Shown here one piece after another: positions 1 through 13,497 of a stretch of 64,000 nt of DNA (within the stretch, counting starts at the first letter, position 1; each line of letters starts with the position of its first letter). Origin of the DNA: an uncultured delta proteobacterium (GTDB lineage Bacteria > Myxococcota_A > Polyangia > Fen-1088). The notes below the pieces were generated by a model that saw only the letters and a list, made by a program, of their open reading frames with translations, was not told the DNA's origin and searched no databases. The stretch lies in assembly GCA_963767925.1 (NCBI GenBank), contig CAVYGB010000013.1, positions 64,001 through 128,000 on the forward strand. The letters are read 5' to 3'. The position numbers and the translations under genes were made by a program.

Positions 1-918
1 GGCCACGTCGACCCGCACAACGTTGTGCACGCCGACGGCCGGCAGGTCGTCCAGCTCGTCGAGTGGCCCGTCATCGTCGCGAGCTCGTTCGAGATCTAAC
101 CCGCCGGCGGGTAGCCGGGCGGGCGCCGGACCGGCGGGCGCAGCGGCCGGATCGGCGAGGGTGGTCACGGCGCTGGCTTCACAGCCGGCCGCTGCCGCCA
201 GCTCCCCGTCAGCGGCCCGGGTGACGAGCAGCAGGGCGAAGGCGAGGCCGCCCGGCTCGGCCTCGGTCACGGGCCGGGGCCGGGGCACCACCTTGACGAT
301 CTCGCTCAGCTCGCCCAGCCGCAGCCGGACCGCGCTGATGGTGAAGCCGGCGGCGATGCGGGCCGGGGTGGGCACCACCTCGACGCAGACCGCCCGCTGG
401 CCGTCGCGCGCGCCTGCCAGGAGCTGAGCCCGTTCGGACACCGTCAGCTTGGCGGCGATCTCGGGGGGCAGGACGAGCTCGGCGGGCGGGCCGGTCCCCG
501 CCTCCTCTCTGGTCTGCACCTTCGAGAGCTCGCGCAGCAGCGCGGCCGGGGCGGGGACGGGCGCCTCCTTGCGCCCTACCGCTCGCACCCGCTGCTCGAG
601 CGCGGCCAGCCCCTTCATGAGCAGGTCGAAGCTGTGATCGCCGAGCTTGCCCCCGACGGCGTCGGCCTCGCGCAGCACGCTCTCCATGGCGTGGGCGATG
701 TCGACGATCGGCTCGAAGCCGACCATGGCCGAGAGCCCCTTGATCGTGTGCAGCGAGCGGTAAAGCTCCCGGACCGCCCGGGGGCTGCCGGCCCCCCGCT
801 GCAGGTCGGCGTCGACGGCGACCAGGTTGCGGGTGGCCGAGGTGAGGTGCTCGTCTACCTCGACGAGGTAACCCGAGATGAACTCCGCGGCGTCGAGCGA
901 GCCGGGGTCACCGGCCAC
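1..918 (-). CDS. cheA: Chemotaxis histidine kinase CheA, N-terminal part (Hpt domain); runs off the window
   Basis: Manual minus-strand translation from GTG 918: VAGDPGSLDAAEFISGYLVEVDEHL...ELYRSLHTIKGLSAMVG (Hpt H-box). Overlaps the stop of the upstream CheY-like gene. Confidence 0.85.
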   Translation of the reverse strand, partial: MAGDPGSLDAAEFISGYLVEVDEHLTSATRNLVAVDADLQRGAGSPRAVRELYRSLHTIKGLSAMVGFEPIVDIAHAMESVLREADAVGGKLGDHSFDLLMKGLAALEQRVRAVGRKEAPVPAPAALLRELSKVQTREEAGTGPPAELVLPPEIAAKLTVSERAQLLAGARDGQRAVCVEVVPTPARIAAGFTISAVRLRLGELSEIVKVVPRPRPVTEAEPGGLAFALLLVTRAADGELAAAAGCEASAVTTLADPAAAPAGPAPARLPAGGLDLERARDDDGPLDELDDLPAVGVHNVVRVDVA

Positions 919-1288
919 CCAGGCCTCCCACCAGCTCGCGGAAGGCCCCCACGATCTCGTCGGGCGTGAAGGGCTTGGTGATGAAGCGGGAGGCGCCCAG
1001 CTCGAGGGCCTTGGTCCGGGAGGTCTCGTCACCCCGGGTCGTGAGGACGACGATCGGCAGCTTGCCGACCTTGTCCTGGCCGCGGACGAACTCGATGACC
1101 TCGAACCCGCCAATATCGGGCATGTTCAGGTCCAGTACCATCAGGTCGTACCTGTGTAACGACAGTTTCTCGATGGCTTCCAGGCCGCTGGAGGCCTGCT
1201 CGAAGCTCACGTCCGCCTCGCCGCGCAAGCAGGCGATCACCATCTCCCGCATCACGCGGCTGTCGTCGACGACGAGGAGCTGAGCCAT
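908..1288 (-). CDS. cheY: Single-domain response regulator, CheY-like
   Basis: LLVVDDS, LDLNMP, LTT and FITKPF receiver motifs; directly upstream of cheA. Confidence 0.85.
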   Translation of the reverse strand: MAQLLVVDDSRVMREMVIACLRGEADVSFEQASSGLEAIEKLSLHRYDLMVLDLNMPDIGGFEVIEFVRGQDKVGKLPIVVLTTRGDETSRTKALELGASRFITKPFTPDEIVGAFRELVGGLGGR

Positions 1289-1396
1289 CCGAACCTGCTC
1301 TTGACCTTACGAACCGCCCCCGGCGCTGTCAACGAGGCACCCCGGGACGCACCTGTCGTTGACACCACCCATTCGCGAACCTACGCTTTTCCGCTC

Positions 1397-2817
1397 ATGC
1401 ACAACGGGCAGACCGCTCGACCCACCCTCTGGGTGGTGGACGACAGCCCGCTCGATGCTCAGCGTGCCGCGCGCGCGCTCTCCGCCGACTACGAGGTCAC
1501 CGTCCTCGCCGACGGGGTGGCCGCCGTCGAGCGGATGAGCTCGGGCCAGGCGCCCGACATCCTGGTGCTCGACTGGATCATGCCGGGCATGACCGGCATC
1601 GACGTGTGTGGATACGTACGGTCGCCCCAGTGTGCCTTCCGCCGGCTGGGCATCTTGCTCCTGACCGGCACCCGCAGCGCCGAGGAGGTGGTCGAGGCCC
1701 TCGCCGCGGGGGCCAACGACTTCCTGGCGAAGCCCTATCTGGAGCCGGAGCTGCGGGCCCGGGTCCACGCCCTCATGCGCACCCAGCGCCTGCTGGCCCA
1801 GCTCGAGCAGTCGGAGGCGGGCTTCCGCACCCTGCTGGCCAAGGCCCCGGACGCCCTCTTCGCGGTCGACGCGGCCGGCAAGGTCGCCTTCGCCAACGAG
1901 GAGGCGGCGGCGCTGTTCGGCGCGCCGGTCGCCGGGCTGCTGGGACGCAGCGGGCGCGAGCTGCTCCCGGCCTTCAACCCGGAGACCCTCCCGCCGGAGG
2001 CGGAGTCGATCAGCGTGCTCGCCGACGTCACCATCGGCAGCCGGGTGTTGGCCCCCATCGTCAAGACGGTCCGGGGCACGACCGGCCACTCCGCCACCGT
2101 CTCCCTGCGCGACGTCACCGAGAGCCGGCGCGAGCAGGACCGGCGCCTGGATTTCTACAGCACCGTGGCCCACGACCTGCGCTCTCCGCTGAGCGCCGTC
2201 CTGCTCCGCTGCACCCTCATGCAGCGCGGGAAACACGGCCTGCTGCCGGCCCCGGTGCTCGACGACATCCGCAAGATCGAGCGGGGCGTGCAGTCGCTGG
2301 TCTCGCTGGTCAACGACTTCCTCGACCTGGCCCGGCTGGAGGGGGCGGGGATCAAGCTCAACCTCGATCGGGTGCCGCTGGTCGAGGTGGTGTCGTCCAT
2401 CCTCGACGATCTGGCGCCCCTGGCCGAGGCCGGCCAGCTCCAGCTCACCTGCGAGCGGCCGGATCGCGAGATCTTCGTGAGCGCCGATCGGCAGCGGCTG
2501 GGCCAGGTGCTGTCCAACCTGCTCTCGAACGCCCTCAAGTTCACCCCGCCCGGCGGGCGCGTGCGGATCATCTTCGCCCCGCAGGCGGGGGCCATCGACG
2601 TCGGCGTCGCCGACACCGGGCCGGGGATCCCGCCGGCCGCGTTGCCCCACATCTTCGAGCGGTTCACCCGGGCCGAGAGCACCCAGAACACGGTGGCGGG
2701 CAGCGGCCTGGGACTCATGATCGTCAAGCAGGTGATCGAGGCCCACGGCGGATCGGTCTGGGTCGACAGCCACCTCGGCGACGGCAGCGCCTTCTGGTTC
2801 CGGCTGAAGACCGTGGC

Positions 2818-2821
<4 letters not shown>
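1397..2821 (+). CDS. Hybrid sensor kinase (receiver-PAS-HisKA-HATPase)
   Basis: VVDDS and LDWIMP receiver; PAS-like DALFAVD; AHDLRSPL H-box; NLLSNALKF, DTGPGI and GSGLGL boxes. ATG 1397 preferred over TTG 1301. Confidence 0.9.
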
Positions 2822-5731
<2,910 letters not shown>

Positions 5732-5735
5732 CCCG

Positions 5736-7530
5736 TCACTCCCGATCGCGCACCGAGTACTCCAGCTTCCAGCGGCCGCCGCCCTCACGCGCCACGCACC
5801 AGAGCTCGAGCGTGCCCAGCTCTGTCAGCTTCGTCTCCAGCGAGACCGGCACGACGGCGCCCGCCTCGGCGCCCTGGCCGGCGGTCAAGGTGGCCTCGAC
5901 CGGACCGAGCTCCTCGAGGGCGGCGTCGTCGGGATCGAGCAGCGCCCCCGGGCTGTCGGCCTTGCGGTTGCTGGCGGCGAAGAAGCGGAACTCCGCCGTC
6001 TCGCCCACCACCAGGCCCAGCTCCTCCTCGGGCAGCTTGAGCGAGGTCCCCTCCTCCATGCCGAAGGGGACCACACACAGCGCCTTGACCGGGGGGGCGA
6101 AGCCGGGGATGGCCGGCATGGCCGCCTCGATCCCGATGTAATACGAGCGCCCGGTGCCGCCCCGGATCCGGATGCCCCGGCCGGCGCGGACCAGGCCGTA
6201 ATAGGCGGCGCCGCGGGCCACCGCCAGATCCGAGGTCGGTGCCGGCGAGGGCCGCCACCTCGCCCCGGCCCTGCCAGCCGCCGACCATCTCCAGCACCCG
6301 CGCGCGCAGCAGCTCGGCCTTCATCACGCCGCCGTTGAACAGCACGGCGGTGGGCGGGCGGCCGTGGCGGGCCAGGAAGTCGGCCAGGTGGCGGGTCACG
6401 CCGGCGTCGTGGGCGTAGGGGAGGCCCAGCTCCCTGAGGCCGGTGGCCTTGCGACGCTGGGGCTTGGCGTTGCGGTCGACGAAGGGAAAAAAGCCGTCGA
6501 GCACCAGGCGGCGCACGTGTTCGCCCACCAGGTCGGCCCGGACGGTGCCGCCGATCAGCTTGGAGCCCCGGCCCAGGATCGAGACCGGGATCTGCTCGGG
6601 CGCGCGCGGCGACAGGAGCTGTTCCTTGGCCCGCCGGCAGGCGTGCACCAGCCCCCGGAACTGCAGGGGCGACAGGCGATCGCCGAGCTTTTGCATGGTG
6701 GTGTAGGCCAGCGCCAGATCGATGTTGTCCCCGCCCAGCAGGATGTGGTCCCCGACCGCCACCCGCTCGAGGGTGAGGTTGCCGGTGCCGTCGTCGACAA
6801 CCGCGATGATCGAGAAGTCGGTGGTGCCGCCCCCGATGTCGCAGACCAGGACGGTGTCGCCGGCCCCGAGCTGATCGCGCCAGCCGTCGCGGGCCTGCGA
6901 CAGCCAGGCGTAGAAGGCGGCCTGCGGCTCCTCGAGCAGGGTCACCTGGTGCAGGCCGGCCTGCTGGGCGGCGGCCATGGTCAGCTCGCGCGCGACCGCA
7001 TCGAAGGAGGCGGGCACCGTGAGGTAGACCTTCTGCTCCTCGAGGGGATCGTCGGGGTGCAGGTGGTTCCAGGCGGCGCGCACGTGCTCGAGGTAGAGCG
7101 AGGAGGCCTCCACCGGCGAGACGCGCTGGGCGTCGGCGGCGTCCTCCTCGGCCGCATCCTCGGCGGTGGTCTCGAGGTCGGCCCCCCGCCAGGGCAAGAT
7201 GGGCCCGTGGCGGTCGACGCCGGTGTGGCAGAGCCAGGACTTGGCCGAGGAGACCAGCCGGTGCGGCAGCTCGGCGCCTCGCTCCCGGGCGAGGGTGCCG
7301 ACGGAGAAGGGCGGGCGGTCGACCCAGGGCAAGGTGAGCCCCTCGGGCGGGACCTCGTGCTCGCTCGGCAGCAGCAAGAAAGAGGGCAGGGTGGCCAGCG
7401 CCTCCACCTCGCCCGGGCTCACCACCTGGGGCACGGCGAAGGTGGTGATGCTGCCGTCGCCGTCCACCGCCGCGCTGGCGACGGCGGTGTTGGTGGTGCC
7501 GAGATCGATTCCTACGAAGTAGCGGGGCAT
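5736..7530 (-). CDS. Atypical Hsp70-family protein; frameshift near 6231
   Basis: VGIDLGTTNT, TVPASFD and DIGGGTTD. Removing one G near 6231 gives GTDLDLAVARGAAYYG, joining ORF 5736..6221. Confidence 0.88.
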
Positions 7531-7591
7531 TGCTGAAATTATGACCGGCGCGATCGGCCCTATCTTTGACTGTCCGCCGGGCGATCCGCCT

Positions 7592-8164
7592 TCAGGGCAG
7601 CCGGACCTCGGCGGGGGCCAGCACCCGTCGGTCGAACCCCTCGCTCATGGTCGGCAACTTCACGCCCGATGCGCGCCACCCGTGGTGCACGAGGATACCG
7701 CGGAACGGGGGCTCGCCGGTGGCCTTGCCGATCAACCGGACCTCGGCCGGGTCGAATCCGCGCGGCACCACCACCGGCCCCTCCTCCTGGCCGGGCATGA
7801 CCGGCTCGAGCCGGAGGTGCTCGTCGAGCACCTTCTTGCACCCCCGGTGGATGTCTCGCACCGCCGCTCCGATGGCGGCGTCGGCGTGCTGGTCGAGCGA
7901 CTCGCGCAGGAAGTCCACCAGCCGCCCCTCGCGCTGCAGGAGCCCCAGCAGCATCAACGCGCCCTCGACCCGTTCCTCGCCCGCCTCGTGCGCGGCGGTG
8001 GCGGGGGCCGTCGGGGCGGCGGCGTGGGGCGCCGGAGCTGGAGGCGCAGCCGGCAACACCGCCGGGGGCGCGGGGGCCGCCGCGAGCGCCAGCGCCCCCG
8101 CCGGCAGCCGACCGCGGAAGAGCAGGCTGAAGAAGCAGGAAAACGCGAGACCGATCCGCCACAT
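7592..8164 (-). CDS. DUF2760-type protein (GrpE-like C-terminus)
   Basis: LLGLLQREGRLVDFL...IGAAVRDIHRGC...GFDP...LVHHGW...VLAPAEV; directly upstream of the two Hsp70 genes. Start at MWRIGLAF. Confidence 0.8.
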   Translation of the reverse strand: MWRIGLAFSCFFSLLFRGRLPAGALALAAAPAPPAVLPAAPPAPAPHAAAPTAPATAAHEAGEERVEGALMLLGLLQREGRLVDFLRESLDQHADAAIGAAVRDIHRGCKKVLDEHLRLEPVMPGQEEGPVVVPRGFDPAEVRLIGKATGEPPFRGILVHHGWRASGVKLPTMSEGFDRRVLAPAEVRLP

Positions 8165-8296
8165 CAGGGCTGTGGTGTTAGACGACGGGCCAGCGGAACT
8201 CAAGGGCACCCGCCCCGGTTGCAGGCCCGGACCCCCGCAGCCACACGTCCCCCTACATGGTTGCGCACGTCGGTCGCACGTCGCCACCGGAGACCG

Positions 8297-8457
8297 CTCA
8301 CCCCCTCTCCCCGCTACGCGGGGCGAGGGCGAACGATTGGCTGATAGCCTCGACCATCTCCCGAGCGGACGAGGGAAGGGTGGATGCCGCCGAGATCTTC
8401 TCTCCCCGTTGCCCGTTCGCCCTCACCCCGCGGCCGCGGGGAGAGGGATGGGGTGAG
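8297..8457. repeat. Pair of inverted REP-like palindromic units (BIME-like)
   Basis: Left arm CTCACCCCCTCTCCCCGCTACGCGGGGCGAGGGCGAACG (8297-8335) is nearly the reverse complement of the right arm at 8414-8457. Confidence 0.75.
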
Positions 8458-8785
8458 GGGTCCGGACGACGCCGCAACTCGGTTCGTGTCCTGACGGAAA
8501 TTGTCAGCCCCGGGCATTCCACGTCCCGCACAAAAGGCGGCGGGACGCGGGCGGCGCCAGTGCCAGGGATGGCCCCGAAGGTGCAATCAGGTTCTCCCGG
8601 GGGCAGGTGAGCGATGGTGACGCGAGGCTACAACGCGCGACGCGGGATCGTGCTGATGAAGGTTTTGATGGCGGTGGCCATCGTCGGGCTGCTCTGGGCG
8701 ATCGTTCAGCCGGCGTTCCGACTGCCCTGATCGGGACCCCCGACGCCGCCGGGCACGCGGCGGGCAGAGCGGTTATGCTGCGCCG

Positions 8786-9376
8786 GTGCGTGGCCTCCCC
8801 GTTGTCGTCTCCCTCGTCGTCTCCGTCGTCGTTCTGGCCGGACCTCCCCTGCTCCCGATCGCGAGCGCGCGCGCCGACGCGCCCTCGCCCCTGCGCGGCT
8901 GGTACGGCTGGCAACTGGCCCTCGCCGACGCCGCCGCCCTCGGCCTGACGCTCGCGCCGGTTGGTGAGAACCTGCGGGGCGCCACCGTGACGGTGGGCCT
9001 GATGGGCCTGTTCATCAACGGGGCGGTGGTCAACATGGGCCACGACAACGCCCCCGCCGCCTCGCACAGCCTGCTGCGGCTGCCCGCCTTCCTGCTGGGG
9101 CGCCTGCTCGGCTTCGCCGCCGGTCGCGTCTTCTGTCAGGAGTCGGGCTGCCAGGCGCCCCTGCTCACCGCGGGCAGCGCCTTCGGCCTGGGCACGGTGG
9201 TGATCCTCGACCTGTTCGACGCCTTCGAGCCGGCGCCCTGGTGGCTCCCCCCGCCCGAGCCCCCCGCCGCCCCCAGCGACCTCCGCACTTCCCCGCTGGC
9301 CCTGCCGCCGCGCGGCCGTCCCGGCCCCGGCGGTCCCCCGGTCTTCACCTTCCCCCTCGCCGCCGGCCGCTTCTGA
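8786..9376 (+). CDS. Hypothetical exported/membrane protein ending in GRF
   Basis: Signal-like N-terminus, WYGWQ motif, hydrophobic Gly/Ala segments, C-terminal AGRF*. Confidence 0.65.
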   Translation: MRGLPVVVSLVVSVVVLAGPPLLPIASARADAPSPLRGWYGWQLALADAAALGLTLAPVGENLRGATVTVGLMGLFINGAVVNMGHDNAPAASHSLLRLPAFLLGRLLGFAAGRVFCQESGCQAPLLTAGSAFGLGTVVILDLFDAFEPAPWWLPPPEPPAAPSDLRTSPLALPPRGRPGPGGPPVFTFPLAAGRF

Positions 9377-9414
9377 GCCGGACCGGCGGGCGGGGGGGAG
9401 CGCGCAGGTGGCCG

Positions 9415-10815
9415 TCAGTTCGCCGGCGGCAACAGGGCTGCCTTGGCCAGGATGTAGCCGGCCGGCATCTCCTGGGGCACGAGCACGATCGTGGTCAGGC
9501 CGAGCTCCTTGACCAGGGTGTCGAGCAGGACGGCGTTGGCCAGGGCCTTGCCGCCGTAGATGTCCCGGATCTTGGCGCTCTTGAGGGCCTCGAAGTCGGG
9601 CTGCTCGATCACGGTGCTGAAGAACCCGGTCAGATCGGCGGGGGTCAGCACGGTGGTGATGTCGCCGTACACGGCGTTGACCATCGGCCGCTCCATCGCC
9701 ACCCGATCGGCGTAGGCCGGCTCGGTGTCGATCCACTTGCCGGCCGTGTCCCGCAGCAGCGCCTTGATCGACAGGTGCAGGGCGCCGTCCTGGCCGACGG
9801 CGAAGATCTCCGGCTTCAGGTCGCCGGCGGTGATGGCGGCCTTCAGCAGGGCCAGGCTGGAGGGCGGGGTCAGCCTGGCCAGCTCGGCGTCGAGCCGGGT
9901 CTTCAGGTCGGCGGCGTGTTTGGCCCGGGCGACGTCGTAGCTGTCGGTGGTGGCCTCGGTGTAAAAGGTGTTGGCCCCACGCACGTAGCCGAGCGGCACG
10001 CTGACCGTGCGGACGGTGGTGCTGCCCCTGGGCAGCCAGCCGATCTGGAAGCTGTTGCTCCCCGGGTCGAGCGAGAACCGCTCGGGCGAGTTGCGGGTCC
10101 CGGCGGCGTAGCCGTAGATGCCCTCCTGCTCGCCGGTGAGGACCTCGATGTCGAGGGTTGTGGCGGTCTTCACCCGGGCGCTGACCTCGGCCATGTTGGT
10201 GGCGTCGCGCGCCCACTGGGTGGCCTCGGCGCCCACGAGCAGGCCGGTGTCCAGGGTGCAGACCCGCTGGAGCTCCTTCATCGTGGCGATCAGGTTGGTG
10301 ATCTCGCCGTCCTTGAGGGCCGAGCGGGCCATCGTGGCGGAGCTGAAGACCATCGCCCCGAAGCCCAGGCGCACGCGACACTGCCGCTCGTCCTTGAAGG
10401 AGAGGGGCTTGCCGGCCTCCATCGAGATGACCTGCAGCTTGGCGTTGTTGCTGCCGAGATCGATCGCGCAATAGACCTTGCGGCCGGCGGCCGGGGCGAT
10501 CGCCTCGTTGCGGTCGGCCTCGCCCGAGCACTTGATCTCGGCGACGACGTCGCGGGCGGGGGCGCCGTCGGGTGACGGCGCGCTGGCGTCGGGCGAAGGC
10601 GCGCTGCCGCCGGAGCCGGCTGCTCCACCGCTGCCGGCGCTGCCGCCGGAGCCAGAGGATCCGGCGCGGCCGGCGCTACCCCCGGTGCCGGCAGAGCTGC
10701 CGCCGCTGCCCGCGGTGGGGGCGGCGGGATCGGGGTCGTCGCTGCAGGCGATCGGCAGCGCGAGGGCAACGGCTAACGGAAGGGCGGCCAGTCTCGTGAA
10801 GGAAGCGATGTTCAT
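9415..10815 (-). CDS. Lipoprotein with Ppx/GppA-family (ASKHA) phosphatase domain
   Basis: Lipobox LPIAC, Gly/Ser linker, then AIDLGSNN, ATQWARDATN, LTGEQEG and LDPGSNSFQ motifs. Confidence 0.75.
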   Translation of the reverse strand: MNIASFTRLAALPLAVALALPIACSDDPDPAAPTAGSGGSSAGTGGSAGRAGSSGSGGSAGSGGAAGSGGSAPSPDASAPSPDGAPARDVVAEIKCSGEADRNEAIAPAAGRKVYCAIDLGSNNAKLQVISMEAGKPLSFKDERQCRVRLGFGAMVFSSATMARSALKDGEITNLIATMKELQRVCTLDTGLLVGAEATQWARDATNMAEVSARVKTATTLDIEVLTGEQEGIYGYAAGTRNSPERFSLDPGSNSFQIGWLPRGSTTVRTVSVPLGYVRGANTFYTEATTDSYDVARAKHAADLKTRLDAELARLTPPSSLALLKAAITAGDLKPEIFAVGQDGALHLSIKALLRDTAGKWIDTEPAYADRVAMERPMVNAVYGDITTVLTPADLTGFFSTVIEQPDFEALKSAKIRDIYGGKALANAVLLDTLVKELGLTTIVLVPQEMPAGYILAKAALLPPAN

Positions 10816-10986
10816 GGAGTCCCCCTGCGTGGTGGGCGGAAAGGTCCGAGCCAAGGCTCGGGGCCCTTTTTGCCGCCGCCCCGGGCAGAGTCAACACGCG
10901 GGGGGCCTCGTCGCACAAACGGCACAATGGCTTCGGCGAACCGTCACCGTCATGCTCCTCCGCTGCCATCCGGCCAGCGGCGCCAG

Positions 10987-12102
10987 CTACCGGGCCTGGG
11001 GCCGGGCGCCGCGGGCCAGGTCGGCCATCTCGGAGGCGGGGAGGACCCGGTTGTACATCACGATCTCGTCGACGTCGCCGGCGTAGCGCTCGCCGAGCAT
11101 CTCGGTGGCGCTGAGCTGGCCGGCGCCGACGTAGACCGGCGTCTCTTCCTGGGGGATGCCCAGCTCGTAGACGCCCGCCGCCACCGGCGAGCCCTGCATG
11201 TAGATGCGGGCGAACCTCTTGTCGAAGGTGACGCCGAGGTGCACCCAGCTCCCCCGGGGGATGGCCGGACCGGCCGCCAGATCGAGGTTGTACCCGTTGC
11301 CGGAGTTGATGCGCAGCCGGGCCGCGCCGCCGGTGACCCCGAACGCGTAGATGAAGCCACCGGACGACTGGGCCCGCCGCGAGACGATGAACCCGTCGCC
11401 GTTCATGTCGCCGGAGAGGCGCACCCAGAGGCTCACGCTCAAGGCCATCTCGATGGTGTTGAGGCTGGGGGCCGGGCTCACCCGCAGCGAGGCGGCCGCG
11501 CCCCGGGGAAACCGCAGCGCCGAGCCGAAGCGCCCGTCGACCCAGGCCCGCGCCACGTCGAGCCCTTGCAGCGAGGCGATGTTCAGGTTGCCCGAGGCGT
11601 CCTCGGCGATGCCCGAGCCCGTGCCCTCGTCGAGCGGCAGATAGAGGACGACGCCGCTCGCGGGCGACATCACCTCGGCGCGCCCCGTGTCGCCGAACAC
11701 CGGCTCGGGGGGAAAGGCGTCGGGCGCGGGGGCTTGCACGTCGCCGGTGGCGAGGTCCCCGGCGGCGCCGTCGTCCGCCGTCGGCAGGTCGGGAGCCGGC
11801 GGGGCGTCGGGCGATCCGCCGGCGCCTCCCGCGCCGCTGTCCCCGGCGCCTCCCGCTCCGATGCCGCCGATGCCGCCGCCGCCGCCGCCCGGAGTGGTGG
11901 GCAGCGCCGGCGGCGGAGGGGCGACGGTGCCCGGCCGCCCCGGTGGCGGGGGCGGGGGCGCGATGTGGGGACGCTCCTCGGGCTTGAGGCCCTCGAGCTC
12001 CCGCCGGCAGTCGGCCGAGACGGCCGCGGCGCAGGCCAGAGCGACGAGCGTGACAGGTGCTCGAACCGGCCGCCGGGCGGCCCTCGTGGCGAAGCTGGTC
12101 AT
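10987..12102 (-). CDS. Exported LamG/concanavalin-A-like domain protein
   Basis: Signal peptide, Pro/Gly linker, YLPLDEG...WVHLGVTFD...GDVDEIVMYNRVL. Confidence 0.8.
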   Translation of the reverse strand: MTSFATRAARRPVRAPVTLVALACAAAVSADCRRELEGLKPEERPHIAPPPPPPGRPGTVAPPPPALPTTPGGGGGGIGGIGAGGAGDSGAGGAGGSPDAPPAPDLPTADDGAAGDLATGDVQAPAPDAFPPEPVFGDTGRAEVMSPASGVVLYLPLDEGTGSGIAEDASGNLNIASLQGLDVARAWVDGRFGSALRFPRGAAASLRVSPAPSLNTIEMALSVSLWVRLSGDMNGDGFIVSRRAQSSGGFIYAFGVTGGAARLRINSGNGYNLDLAAGPAIPRGSWVHLGVTFDKRFARIYMQGSPVAAGVYELGIPQEETPVYVGAGQLSATEMLGERYAGDVDEIVMYNRVLPASEMADLARGARPQAR

Positions 12103-12468
12103 GTTCAGGCCCCCCGGCTGCATGAAAAAAGCAGGACGAAAACCGGGCCGTCCCGCACCCCTTGACCTTGCAGGCAGCCTTTTACAACTAGCTCAGGCCC
12201 GTATGTCGAGAAAAGTAGCCGATGTGGGTTTTTCTCTTCCGAGAACCCGCCGCGCTTTCGAACCTCCTTCAATAAGGGCGCCAGCCGCGGCGGGGCGACA
12301 ACCCGCACCAGTTTTTCTTACGAACGTCGGCCGCGTTCGCAGCCGCACCCCGGCGGTTTACCCCACCGTCCGCGCCTTCCCTTGAACAAGCCCATGTCGG
12401 CGGGAACAAGCGGGGCGGGCGCCGTTGAGAAAGCAGGACCGCAGAGGCGAAGCAGCGAGGAGGCCACC

Positions 12469-13497
12469 ATGGCGAAAGCGAAGGCACGGAGGATCTGTTA
12501 CGACCGTCTGCTCCCGGGAGAGCTGGCCCGGCCGCGGGAGGTGGTGCGGGCAGGTGGGCGCACGCGGGCGATCTCGCCGGTGCGCAAGCAGTGGGTCAAC
12601 GGCAGCACCCTGCGCATCCGCTTCCTCGGCGGCACGGCCGAGCAGCGCCGGCAGGTCGAGACCATCGCCCCGCAGTGGTGCAACCACGCCAACCTCAAGT
12701 TCGAGTTCGGCGAGGACCCCCGGGCGGAGATCCGGGTGAGCTTCGATCCCGACGACGGCGCCTGGTCGTACGTCGGCACCGACAACTCGGGCATCCCCCT
12801 GCACGCGGCGACCCTCAACCTCGGCTGGCTCGACCAGGCGGTCATCCTGCACGAGTTCGGACACATGATCGGGCTGGCCCACGAGCACCAGAACCCCGAA
12901 GGTGGGCTGATCTGGAACGAGGAGGTGGTGATCCGCGACCTGTCGGGTCCGCCCAACTACTGGGACGTCGCCACCATCCGGCACAACGTGCTCGACAGGT
13001 ACACCGCCGACCAGGTCATGGGCACCCGCTTCGACCCGGCGTCGATCATGCTGTACGCCTTCCCCGACGAGTGGACCCAGAACCCGGGCGGCACCCGCGA
13101 GAACAGCGACATCTCCGCGCTCGATCAGGAGTTCGTGCGCAGCGCCCGCATGTACCCGGGCCGCACCGCCCCCGGCGAGCGCGCGGTCGAGCTGCCGGTG
13201 CTGCAGGGGACCCGGGCCGAGATCGGCAAGCCCGGCGAGGAGGACCTGTTCAAGTTCGCGGTCGAGCGGGCCGGCGTATACGTGGTCGAGACCACCGGGG
13301 CCAGCGATCTGGTGATGGGGCTCTACGGCCCGGACAGCCTGACCCGCAAGCTGGCCGAGGACGACGACGGCGGTGAGGGGGCCAACCCGCGCATCAGCGT
13401 CTCGCTCCAGCCCGGCACCTACTTCGTGCAGGTGCGCCACTACCAGCCCCAGGCGACCGGGTCCTACGAGATCCGGGTGGTGGCCCAGCCGGGATGA
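12469..13497 (+). CDS. M12/astacin-like zinc metallopeptidase with C-terminal PPC domain
   Basis: HEFGHMIGLAHEH, SIMLY Met-turn, C-terminal PPC-like domain (EDDDGG...GTYFVQV). No obvious signal peptide. Confidence 0.85.
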   Translation: MAKAKARRICYDRLLPGELARPREVVRAGGRTRAISPVRKQWVNGSTLRIRFLGGTAEQRRQVETIAPQWCNHANLKFEFGEDPRAEIRVSFDPDDGAWSYVGTDNSGIPLHAATLNLGWLDQAVILHEFGHMIGLAHEHQNPEGGLIWNEEVVIRDLSGPPNYWDVATIRHNVLDRYTADQVMGTRFDPASIMLYAFPDEWTQNPGGTRENSDISALDQEFVRSARMYPGRTAPGERAVELPVLQGTRAEIGKPGEEDLFKFAVERAGVYVVETTGASDLVMGLYGPDSLTRKLAEDDDGGEGANPRISVSLQPGTYFVQVRHYQPQATGSYEIRVVAQPG

